Assembly (NCBI GenBank): GCA_964188305.1
Contig: OZ076892.1
Length of the DNA stretch: 64,000 nt
Source of the DNA: Podarcis bocagei
Lineage: Eukaryota
Strand: one strand, 5' to 3'
Numbering within the stretch: the first letter of the stretch is position 1; each line of letters begins with the position of its first letter. A program made the position numbers and the translations under genes. Under the pieces are notes generated by a model that was not told the DNA's origin, did not search any database, and saw only the letters and a list, made by a program, of their open reading frames with translations. This document shows positions 35,211 to 46,700 of the stretch, piece by piece.

Positions 35211-35345
35211 GGCTGTAGCGGAGTGGTAGAGCACCTGCTTGGCATGCAGAAGGTCCCAGGTTCAACTGTTGGCATCTTCAGATAAGAATAGGAAAGATCT
35301 TTGTTGTGGGAGGCTGCTGCCAAGCAGTGTTAGGCAAGGCTGAGT
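35211..35345 (+). mobile_element. tRNA-derived SINE fragment inside the MTSS2 3'UTR
   Basis: ggctgtagcggagtggtagagcacctgcttggcatgcagaaggtcccaggttcaa: A-box and B-box tRNA-like head without an intact acceptor stem. Confidence 0.75.
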
Positions 35346-37706
35346 TAGGTGGAGTGCTGGGTCTGGGGCAGTGTCCTCTGCCTTTTCCAATGTAAGCCTG
35401 TTTTGGCCAGGTATGGTTATGACTAAACCTGTGAGTGTGTGGCAGGGTGCCTCTTCTAACAGCATCAAAAGGGCCCCCATTTTGTCAATATTGGGTGGAT
35501 ACTTTGAAAGGGGTAAAAAGTATCTGCAGAGAGGGAAATAGCTAAACCAACCCTCTTGGTTGGTTCGTTTACCTTTGGCGATGTTGCTGCTGCTTAGCCA
35601 GATCTGATGTACAGTCAACCACATCCCATTCATGGTACAATTCCCTGATTCACCCTGACCTGCTCATGAAATTAAGAGTCCACTGCTGTAATTTAATATA
35701 TAAAAAAAGTGCCCCAGCAGAAAGTGAGGAAAGAATTGCCACAAGCAGGCTTTAAAAATGGGGGCAGAGGGGATTTACAGAAACAGGCCAGCTCCCTTGT
35801 TCTGGTTTTGACCTCCAGATTTATAACCAGATGAATATTCAGCACGGCTTCTTCCTCTGTGCTTGGAGCTGAAGGAGCATGAGTTGGACTGCAGCTCCCA
35901 GCCAGAAGCTCCAGCTTGGGCCATGCAGCTGCTGTAAGAATATCCACATTTCTCACTGTTTTAGGCCAGGGATGGAGAACTTTTCACCTTCCAATGTTAT
36001 TAAGACTCTCATCAATGCTGACCATGGGCTAGGCTGGTTTCTGGGCCTGATGGGAGTTAAGAGTTCAGCAGGCCTGGAGTTTAGGGCATGCAAGCCAGGT
36101 AGTCAGAAGGAATATAAATACAAATTGTGCCTATCACCTTTTAAAGCTGTTTTGCTTGCTTCCACCTGCCCCCCAAATTTGGAACATACCTGCCTATTCT
36201 GCCCCACAGAAACAACTTGAGGGTTTGGATAAATTCATTGAGCTTATTTATATTAGTTATGTAATGCAACTGTTTTAACAACTACTTATACCCAGATCTG
36301 GAGAGTGCAAGAGACTTGGATCTACCTTGTGCTCACCCTGATATTGTCCCAGATATTCTAGAAATCGGCTGTGTTGGCAAATGGAAAGTGATGTTGGGAA
36401 AGGGGACAGTCTTGAAAGAAAGAGAAAGTGATGGGGAAAGTCAGTGGCTGGGAATTAAGGTGGTCTAAGGTGAGGGGGAAAGAGGGAGAGGCCTTTCCCT
36501 GTGCTTGACTGGGAAGGAATCAGAGAAATGTAGAGTTGGAAGGAACCATGAGGGTCATCTAGTCCAACCCTTTGCAATGCATAAATCCTTTGTCCAAATC
36601 TTTTGGCCCTGGGTTAAGAGTCTCATGCTTTACAGATCAAGCTTCCTCAACAAATGAGGGTCCATTAAATGGCCCCTGCTGCATTACCTCCACCTTTTGT
36701 GTTTGTTGGGCTCAAGAATGAGCATGTCTTGCTTTTCTGTCCTGGGACTGTCGAGTATCCAAGGATCACTGAACAGCACAGATGTAGCACAGATGGGGTG
36801 GCTAAAGTGGGGGAGGCAGAGCCCGTGCTAGACATTAGGGGGCTTCCTTTGTCTTTGGATTGGCCAGGCATTCGAGTACAGAGCTTACCCATGCAAAGAA
36901 AAAAATAAAAGATGGGCTTCTGACAATTATTCCAAGAGAGATGCCACCACGTTTCTCATAGCAGCAGCATGGTGGTCAACAACCCTTTCTAAAGTAGAGA
37001 GAGAGCACAGCTGTGGACAGCGTTGAGTATTGTGTGGTGAGGCACGAGCAAAGCACAGCGGTGGTGAAAACACGAGGTGGCCAAAGCAGCCAACTCAAGG
37101 CCCCTTGCAAGGACTGGGGAGCCTAGAAGCCTCTGAGAAAGCACAACTGCACCTGCTCCCTCTTGCTGGATCCTCCCCGTCTCCCCATCCTTAGCCCCTG
37201 CAAGGCACAGCAGGGCCTGGTGTTGTCGTTGTTGTACATAGAGCCACAGCAGTCCCCTCCACCCTCCCCACAGCCCAGACGTCTTATGTGCGCTTGCGTG
37301 GGTGTCACGTTGTAGCCTCCTTAACTCTTATACTGTCGTAGTAATAACAGTTTAGTTTCTAACCAACCAACCTTCCTGTGGGTGCCCCCCTCCTCCCTGT
37401 CATGGCCAGAAATGACAACAGTGACAATGCGTGAGAAATGTTTGCATTTTGCTTTTTATTTTTATTTTTTTGTACAGAGGAAAAAACCCTTTAAAATGTC
37501 TCTCTCAACTGATGTTAACTATTCTGGTGCTGTTAACTTGTTCTTTTTTCTAATTTATTTTCCCTACCCCCCCCCCTTTTGCTAGCAGCCCTGGCCTTAC
37601 CCACCCACCCTCTTTCATTCTTAAAGTTAATTATCCTCTCCCTTCTCCCTTCATTTAAAATAGTCACTGCTACAAGTAACGAATGCACTGTGAAGATTCC
37701 AGTATT

Positions 37707-37712
37707 AATAAA
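37707..37712 (+). terminator. MTSS2 polyadenylation signal AATAAA
   Basis: cagtatt-AATAAA-agttgtactgt at the end of a U-rich, motif-dense UTR block. Confidence 0.75.
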
Positions 37713-38014
37713 AGTTGTACTGTAATTAACGCAAATTGGTTCCTCCCACCCCATCCCACCCATTCTTACTCTCCTACGCATAAGAGGAACAAAGCAGTTG
37801 TTTCTTCAGGCCAGGCACACAACATCCACAGGTGGTTTTCCTACCTGTAACCCTCCTGGAATCACAACACAAATGCTAACACACATTTGTCCCAGCCATT
37901 CCAGTTCTGAATTTATGGTTACAGAAATGGAAAGGTAAGTGTATTTTTAAAAAACAAAGCACCAGCTTCTATAGTTCTGACCTAGTAGGGGTTCTTGGGT
38001 CTTAAGGTGTATTT

Positions 38015-38190
38015 CAGACGAGCATAAGAGCCTGCTGGATTGTAGCAAAGGCCCATCCCGCTCTGGCAGAGACAAACCAGATGCCTGTAGGAAACTCAAA
38101 AGCAGAGCACAATAGAAACAACTCATGTGATTCCCAGCAACTGGTATTCAGAAGCACACTGCCTACAACAGTGGAGGTAGCAATCAATAG
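38015..38190 (-). mobile_element. CR1-type LINE 3' fragment
   Basis: cataagagcctgctggattgtagcaaaggcccatc...tcccagcaactggtattcagaagca; same family as 48372-48636. Confidence 0.65.
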
Positions 38191-38978
38191 CTGCGTCTCT
38201 CTGTATCTTCTCAAATGGAAAGCAATAAGCATGTGGTGGTGTTTTTTTTAGCCTTCTGGGGCCTTTCTTTTTCTAATGCTGTTGCTCTAAAGCCCCAGCC
38301 CCTGGACTAGGAGAAAGGAGCTGGGCGTTGCTGATTTCTGTGCCAGCCAGTGCATCAATCCCCAACCCTCTTCTCACAGCCATTTGCATAATTCCAACAC
38401 CTTGTAGCAAGAAACTAGCATTTCCATGCCCATAGAATCTAAAGAGCTGCATAGTATCCAAGTGTGCCTGCTTGTGTATGTGGAGAAGTAACAGGGGGGA
38501 AGTCTGAGGGGTATTATTTCTGTAGCTTCCACTATAGCAGCATAGAAGATAGTTCTTCCCCACAGCAAGCTTTACCACAGTCTTTGTCACTGACAGCTGC
38601 CCTTCACATCAATCCCCACCCCTAATCACTGAACCATTTCAAGGCTGGGCTGTGTTAGGCCTCTCCACCAGCCCCAACCTTAGTGAGGCAGCAGGGCAGC
38701 AGCAGTCCTCCCAAGGCTACACGCTGCTCCACTCTGTCTAAGAGGGCAAGACTCTTCCCAACCAGACACAGATTGCTCCCTTTTCTGCAATCCCTCACTG
38801 GCTACTGGCTCCCTTCTGATGGGCTCTCCTTTTCTTGGAGACAGAGAAGGTCCAGTGTGGCAGTTTGACACAGCATGTCAGAGCCTACTCAAAGCTGAAA
38901 GATAGAGATTTTCAGCTGACAAGAGAATTTGCTTAGTTCTACTTCTGAAATGGATGATATCCAATCCAGAACTCCCAC

Positions 38979-39106
38979 ATCCATACATGGAAGGAGAAAC
39001 AGCACTTTAAAGTAATTGTTCAGCAAAGACATTTGAAACAAAAGCAACCTGAAGCACCAGGAAACTCTTGAAAGAAGCCCAGAAAGGCTGGCCCAACTTC
39101 TAGATC
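38979..39106 (-). pseudogene. Candidate decayed IL34 exon-5 relic (frameshifted)
   Basis: Minus strand reads DLEVGP...GASG, then after a frameshift SLLNNYFKVLFLLPC, versus human IL34 DVEVSP...NAPG...ALLDNCFRVMELLYC. Similar spacing, AG/GT-like ends, expected strand and syntenic position. Alignment by eye to a recalled protein. Confidence 0.5.
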
Positions 39107-40079
39107 TGAAATCACCTGGCTTTGGGCTTAAATAAAATACTGCTCATAAGTTCTCTGTAGCCTCATCAGGCAAGTGCCCATTCCACCAAGGGGCAGTGCT
39201 GCCAGTTCCACTGTATTTCTAGCTGGACTTCAATACAGAATATTAGGTAAGGATTCCCTGCAAAGTCACCAGCAGCTCCCAGAACCCAGTTATTTTGAGG
39301 GAAAACAGACTCCCTGAGCTCATGATTATTAAAACCAGACACTGATCTCTCAGCAGCCAGCACATTTTGAACTAAACATCTGGTCCCCGTAATATCTGAA
39401 GGGCATTTGTATCTCTTCAAGCAAGTATCTGCGTTTAGGAGCTGCAGCCAGTCACAAGTTCTACAGACATCTGCACTCTGTCCTCCAGAGGTCAGGAACC
39501 TGTGCCCTTCCAAGTATTTGCTACAGCTCCCATTATCCCTGACTATTGGGCCAGGCTGACTTGGATGAATCAAACCCCTGTATTACATTTAAAACAAGTA
39601 GTCAGCCCACCATACAAACAGAGAGATCTGTCATTCATATGTAATGCAGCCCCAAGAGCAGCTCACAGGGAGGACATGCAAAAGGTTTGCTTTTGAGGAA
39701 AGTAAACATAACAGCAACATTATCTTCTCTGAAGGGCTAGAGTAGGTTGGGAGACAATTCCAGAACTTGAGCATAAACCTCCTTAGGACAGCTGAGAGGG
39801 CTGAACAAGTCTTCCACAGCAGACTAAACGGAGAGTAAGATCTCTAGAGAAATACAGAGCCTAATACTAGACACTGCAAGTGCAGGGAAACGTGGCTTTC
39901 TGCCGTCCAAAGGGTAAGAAGTGCATCATTTTAAAATGAATGATAAGATTGATCTACCCATGAATTTAATGTGCCATTGGCAGAGCTGCTCCCTAGCTCA
40001 TGTCCCCAGGAGCAGGCAAAATTCATGAGAGAAGTCACCAAACAGGTTTGTCAGCCAACCTTTAATCCAGATGCTGGGT

Positions 40080-40085
40080 TTTATT
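40080..40085 (-). terminator. SF3B3 polyadenylation signal AATAAA
   Basis: Plus-strand tttatt, ~535 nt downstream of the SF3B3 stop codon. Confidence 0.7.
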
Positions 40086-40619
40086 AAAGAAAAATCTATG
40101 GCCAGATTCACACAGGCCATCTCTTCAGCAGACAAAAGGCTAACTTGGTACAAGACTCTATTTACAAACACAGAGATAAAAACTGCAGGATGGAAAAATT
40201 ACACCAGCCATGCCCACAAGGCTTCCCAGACACTGGCCAATGGAAGAGGAGGAGCCCTAACGTCCCTGTGCTCATATCTTACCAACTCAGAAAAGGGGAC
40301 TTCATCTAGCTAGGTCACTTGACAAGGAAAGGGCACCAGAGCCTTGTCCACGGGCAGGTAGGTAGTGGGTGCAGCACCCAAACTGTCTGTAAAAAGGGTG
40401 GAGCCAGAAACACACCTGAAAGGGGAGGCCTCGCCACTTGGGAGAACCTGACTGACTCCTGGAACAGCATGGACAGAACAGGTTGATGACATGGTTGGAC
40501 TTTCAAGTCGCTGAAAGAAAACAAGAGTACCAAAGTGGGAGCAACTGGCCAAAAAAGCTCATACCCTTCAAAACATCTTTGGAACAGGAATCCCAGCCAC
40601 GTCCCTGAAAAGGCGCCTC

Positions 40620-40760
40620 TCAGAAAGCATAGCGGGTGCGGATGTCCTCTAGCTTCTTGGACACCTCTGGTGGGGTCCTGTCCAGCTCTTCTGACACGTT
40701 CTTCTGCTTGTTGGGCTCCATGGAGTTGAACTGCTCACACAGATCCCCATCAATGACATT
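40620..40760 (-). CDS. SF3B3: SF3B3 exon 26, coding part
   Basis: [46 protein letters not shown]; acceptor ctag. Confidence 0.96.
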   Translation of the reverse strand, partial: NVIDGDLCEQFNSMEPNKQKNVSEELDRTPPEVSKKLEDIRTRYAF

Positions 40761-43700
40761 CTAGCAAGAGAAAGAAAGGGCGGGGGGCTATTTTAGAAGC
40801 TGCAGCCCATGGAACAAAGGAGGGAATGGGCTCAAGCACAGAAAGCAGACCCAAAGCACACAGAACAAGAGGCCTTGTCTAAGAGGCCCAAAGGTTCTCC
40901 ACAAAAGTCAGAATGAATAAAAGCAAATTCTCTCTTTAAAAAAGTACAGGTGTTCAGCAGACATTTGCTAAAAGTGAGAAATGAAGGTGTCCACAAGTTC
41001 ATGGAATGGGGGGGACAGGACAAAAAACTAGCAAACTCCAGCAAAAAACCTCGAACTGTCTTGCTCAAGATCACCCCAGGGCTTGGCATGTGGTGAACTT
41101 GCAGGTTTAGAGCTACACTGATAATGTTGCAGTCTAGAAATGAAGACTTAACAGTGCTAATGCAAAAATAACCTGCTACATGACTCCTCATTGTCACAGA
41201 AGCATTTCCAGAAATGCGGATTCATATGGGGGGCCAGAAACCAAATTCTGACACCATGGACAGTGCTGCCCTATCCATGATGTACAGGTGACCCAAGAGA
41301 AACACATGGTTTCCCAAGAAAAAAGAAGACCCACCTTGATACCTAGGTTAGTTCTAACGGGATGCTACCATCACCAGGGAGAACTGCAATAGGGAATCGT
41401 GGGGAGGGGGCTTGAAATCTATACTTATCACTTAGAAAAGATAAATATCTATTCAGACAAACCACCAAGATGGTGAAAAAGAAAAAGTCAGAGAATCACG
41501 TAGACATATAGGCCCCACTGCTGATTATCCTTCTTAGCAAGCAGAATCCTGTCCTGGAAAAGCCATTCCAGCAACCTCAGCAGATGCTCTGACCAAAGCA
41601 TAAAATGCAGGGGGAAATTTGGCCTTCAGATTGGCAACTTTTACCCATGAACAGAGCTCAAGTGCTTACTAGCATATGATGGACACGTAGCAGAGACCCA
41701 CAAACTCAGCCTACCTTCACTGGGAAGTAATAGGAGCGGAAGCTGAGGTGGTCTCGTCCACAGAGAGGAGGGTGTTCAGACCTCAGGTGCATCTCAACGT
41801 GCTGGAAGAAGTCATGATCCTGAAAAGAGCAGAGAGCACCATCAAAGGTAAAGGAAAACAGCTGGAAGCAGCAGTGTCATGCCACACCCGGGGCCAGCAT
41901 TGAAAAGAGCAGCGGCTGTGATTGGTACACTGGTTGACAACACGCCACCTGAACAAACCTCTTAGAGCAGGGGTAGGCAACCTAAGGCCCAGGGGCAGGA
42001 TGCGGACCAATCGTCTTCTCAATCTGGCCCGCAGACAGTCCGGGAATCAGCGTGTTTTTACATGAGTAGAATGTGTGCTTTTATTTAAAATGCATCTCTG
42101 GATTATTTGTGGGGCATAGGAATTGGTTCAGGTTTTTTTTCCCCAAAATATAGTCCAGCCCATCACATGGTCTGAGGGACAGTGGACCAGCCCAGGGCTG
42201 AAAAAGGTTGCTAACCCCTGTCCTAGAGAGAGTGAGCCCTCTGCAGGCTGGCATTCATCATTTTGGGGAAGGATGTATTTACATAGCAGGAAGTTCATCA
42301 CAAAGCACTGGTCCAATGTGGATTTCCCTCTTTGGAAACCTGCCTGGACTTCAGATATCACCTTATTTGTTTCTGCCCATTCTTCCAGTCTCCCAAGAAG
42401 GAGCCTGGAAAATAGTTTAGAGGCTACAGCTAACAAACTAACAGGTCTATAACTGGCAGGATTTTTCTAATCACCCTTTTTGTATATTGGGGCAATTATA
42501 CTCAGCTTCCACCCTTCCGGTATGCGACCTGAGCTGTTAATATATGAAAACTGTTTTGCAAAAATGGGTGACCAGAAATCCAGTCTTATCTTATAAATCT
42601 CCATTGGGATCATGTCTTCTCCTGGAGCTTTATTGGCTAGTTGGCTTATAATTAGCCTTTTAATCTGATTGGGCGTGATGTCTGGCCAGTCTGGCAGTTA
42701 TAATAACTGAGTATAGTAAACTTGTGAGGGTGGGTCAGAGTGGGGGCCATATATTCTTGTAAAATATGCCACCCAGTCCTTTCCTTGGACAGATGCTTCT
42801 AACGAGTAGCCCAGCCCATTTGTACCGTGGGCAACCAAATGCCCAAATTTCCATGAGTCCTTTTTAGCTCTGCTTCATTCTGTCATGCAATAAAATTTTG
42901 GTCATGCCTCATGGGCAGAGCCAACTGGCAAATGTGGGTGTCACCTGTGTCAGCAACGGTTTTCAGGGTACATTATATTGCCAGGTATCAGTGTATGCAT
43001 TGGGGAGGGGGGAGACATACAGAGAGCAGAGAGCCATAGGCAGCTCAAGAGGTCGAGCAGCAGCCAAGCTCAGTATGTGCATTAAAGCAGATCCATTTCT
43101 GATCCACACAAGGAAGAGCCAAGAGGCCAACTGTGGGCAGGAAGTGGCATAGCCTCCCCACCCTTTCAGCTTTGTCTTCCTTCCTCCCATAACTCACTGT
43201 CGCTACTGCAGGGCATTAAGTACTCCTGCTGCACTATGTAGATGAACAACTCTTAATATTTCCATCATACAAGAACTTCCTACCTCATGTGATGTAAACG
43301 GGACCAGAATGCCAATGCCCCCAGATAAGGTCGTGTAGACAAGAGATTCAGAGCCTCCGGGGATTAGAGTCGTCTTCTGCAGGGACAGGACTGTTTCCCC
43401 TACATGGTAGTTCATAATCACCTCTGCCTGAAAGTAAGACAAGCAAGACTTCAGCAGGTGACCTAAGATAATGCATTAAATCCAGACAATCTCATTTTCA
43501 TTAAAGAAAACCTACATTTATCACTTCCAGTGGTTGGTGAGGACACACTTATAATGCAAACTTGCAACAGTGATTTCCTATGTGTAATGCTTGGGGAGGG
43601 AGGTACTATTAGGCTACTGGAGTACATTGGACCCCTTCCATTATGAGCACAGTATTTCATTAGGACAGTATTTCACATTTCTAAAATGAAGTGTCAATTA

Positions 43701-46700
43701 AATTATCCCCCCCTAAAACAGGAGGATTGTTGAAATATGTCTTAAAATTTACTTCCTGCTAGCTAAGTGTAAAAAATAAATTTGTGTAGGAGAGTTACCT
43801 CTCCTACAGTAACAGGGGTGCTATGAAACTCGGAAGGCATTTCAAGTATTTGCAAAAAAAAATTTAAGCAAACCTGAATTACTTCATACTCCCTACACAG
43901 TGGTACCTTGGGTTACATACACTTCAGGTTACATACGCTTCAGGTTACAGACTCCGCTAACCCAGAAATATTACCTCGGGTTAAGAACTTTGCTTCAGGA
44001 TGAGAACAGAAATCATGGTCCGGCGGTGTGGCAGCAGCGGGAGGCCCCATTAGCTAAAGTGGTGCTTCAGGTTAAGAACAGACCTCCAGAACTAATTAAG
44101 TTCTTAACCCGAGGTACCACTGTACTGCTCAACAATTACATGGGGTCAGTTGTCCTGGGTTGTTTCTCCCCCATACTGTTTCAAGTTTCATTTAACTAGC
44201 AGGGGTCCCAATGTTCCCCTATTGGAAAGGGAAACTGTCCCTCCTATCCCCAGGAACTTCTCAAAACAGAGTAGGGGGGAAATCACAAAGGTTTTGCCTG
44301 TATCATGTTACAGCATTTCATGAACACAGAAGAGATTTTTCTGTGAACTTTAAAAAAATCCCCATTCCTTTGTGCATGAAAAACAACTATAAGCAACCCT
44401 AATTACAAAGCTCCAAAGGCATCTGCTTGACCACAGGAGTACAATTTCACTCTATGCAGGGGTTTAACTCTGCTCCACACTGCATTTATGTAGATACAGA
44501 AGCCCTTTCAGGCTCCAACCGGCAGACAGTCTTGTTATTAATTCCATACGGACACTGGCTTCTAAAACCAATTCACCATGACATGTTTTTTATCAGTAGA
44601 TTTATGCATAGATTTATATATTTTTAAAAAGGAAGTTGCTGGTTCCAGAAAAAGGCAGGTAATGAAGTTAATAAATAACCAAAGAACAAGAAAGAGCCTC
44701 CAGTTTCTCATCTGAGGAAGCACCCCATTCCCTACACCAAAGTTACCTTTTGAGAAGCCCCATTAAGAAGGCCTCTATCCCATAACGCCTTGTTTCCAGT
44801 TGGGTCCTCGTCTACCTCATCATTTGTGTTGGGTGGTAGCCGCACCTACAGGAGGAGGCATTAAGAGTGTCAAACTCACGTGTGGTCTTAATGGCAAACG
44901 GGAATAACTGGAAGGTGTTGTAAGCATGAATTCAGAAAAGCCCAAACCAGCAAACACTCTGCATGTCACTTCAAACCACAATGAGTGCCCCAACCTGGGT
45001 TCACAGCATGTTTCTCCCCCAACAAACCATGAGAGTTAGCCAAGGTTTGTTCTTAACTCATTGCCTGTGCTTGTTGGAAGCAAACAAACCAACAGGCTGA
45101 TGTCTGAAAGTCACAACAAGCTGTTGCAGCCGCAGCAGGAGAGGAGCAGACCAAGAACTTTTCAGGAGCATGCACTAACACAACCACATAAATCCGCAAG
45201 CTGTTTTTAGCTGTGGGTTGACTATGGTGTGTAATCCAAGCCACAAAAGGAGAGCATCCAAGCATGTGTCTCCATTAACAGAACAGTCACAAGGTGTGCA
45301 CTTTGGCAGAAGAGTGTCCAGAGGAAGTTGCCACCCCCCATGACAGCAGCATGTGAGTGTGGGAGAAAGGTCTCACAGGCCACCGGCTAAATGGTGCTTA
45401 GCAAAAGCAAAAGGCTGGGGTTTCACTGGCATCTCCCACATCAGGGAATCAAAACGACAGCAGGACAGTTCTCAAATGAGCCCCAGGAGTTTCCTGGCTG
45501 CCTTCAGGCTGACTCACCACACAGATGTTGCCAAACTTGTCAGCCCCAGCCACTGTGTCATAGTCGAGGAGGCAGGCAGTGGTGACCCAGCGGGGGTGGG
45601 TGTCATCTGCAAAAATGATCAGCTGGTTCTCGTTCCTCTTGTAGCGCACCCAGATGAAGCTCTCCTGGACATCCGAGACGATCACTCGGTGCCCAATGGT
45701 CTGGATCCCACAGATGTAGTTGGCAATGTGCTGGGAAGTGACAGCAATTCAGAAAAGCAGTTCAAAAAGCAGAAAAGGGAGGCTGTTCAAGGCAAGCCCC
45801 AAAATCCCTTCCTGAGCCACTACGCAAATGAAATCTGAACATCACTGGCATCTCTCTGCAAGGCTATGATCATTTGTAGTGCAACAGCTGCAGCTTTCTA
45901 AGAGAGAAAAGGAGAGTTGGGACATTGCTTATCTGTGATCACTTTCTATATCTGATTGTGCACTGAGAACCAGTGCTAACATCATTCTAGGTAGTTCTCC
46001 TGATTCTAGAAATACTCAGAAGGCCAAACAAACAAGGGAAAAGCAAATCTGTGAAATATGAAAATGTTCCTATTTCTACTTTCTATAACCCAGAACCCGC
46101 CAGAACTACAAATCCCATCATCCTTGACCATTGGCCACGCTGACAATAGCTGATGAGAGTTGTAGTCCAAAACATTTGGAGGGTCCAGGCTGCTCTGTGC
46201 CCTTTTGTGCAAGACGGTTCACTACACCATTATAAAGTTGGTGTCAGGAACGACTAAAAAAAATCCAAAACTTTCAACTATCACCTTGCGTGCATCACAG
46301 GCCATGGCTTCATAAACACAAGACCACACCTTTGAGCCTCAGAGTCTCAATTCTATTCCCAAGGGAAAGAAAGGTACAGAGAGGGTAGAAACAGCCCTGA
46401 AGACTTGCCCCTTAAGCAATCTAAAGGAAGCCAAAGCTCTGGGCAAGAGAATGCTTCCCTGGAACTTGAAAAAAGTTCAAAGGTTTCAACCAAATTTGTT
46501 AAAAGTGATAGGGTATATCTGCATTAGGAAATGCAGCTTCCAGGAGATCTGCACACACAAACACACACACAACGTTCTAAATACCTTATTCTCACACTTC
46601 CGGAGCAGCTTCTTCTTGCCCAAGTCATATACCCGCAAGAGTTTCCCCACACCAATGAGCACTCTGCCTTGGAAGGGGGCAATAGCAGCTGGTACCTCCT

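Larger units (their letters stand above)
33920..37735 (+). other. MTSS2: MTSS2 3'UTR (~3.8 kb, end approximate)
   Basis: Follows the stop codon; U-rich distal block ends at AATAAA 37707-37712. A second AATAAA at 36904-36909 could give a shorter UTR. Confidence 0.65.

Noticed and set aside
35211-35282. tRNA gene
   Set aside because: The T-arm 3' side and acceptor stem do not pair and a SINE-like body follows; called a SINE instead.
38389-38421. Minus-strand peptide MLVSCYKVLEL resembling IL34 LLDNCFRVMEL
   Set aside because: Only 11 residues, with no collinear upstream block or matching exon geometry. The match at 38979-39106 is better supported. This hit shows that such short similarities can arise by chance.
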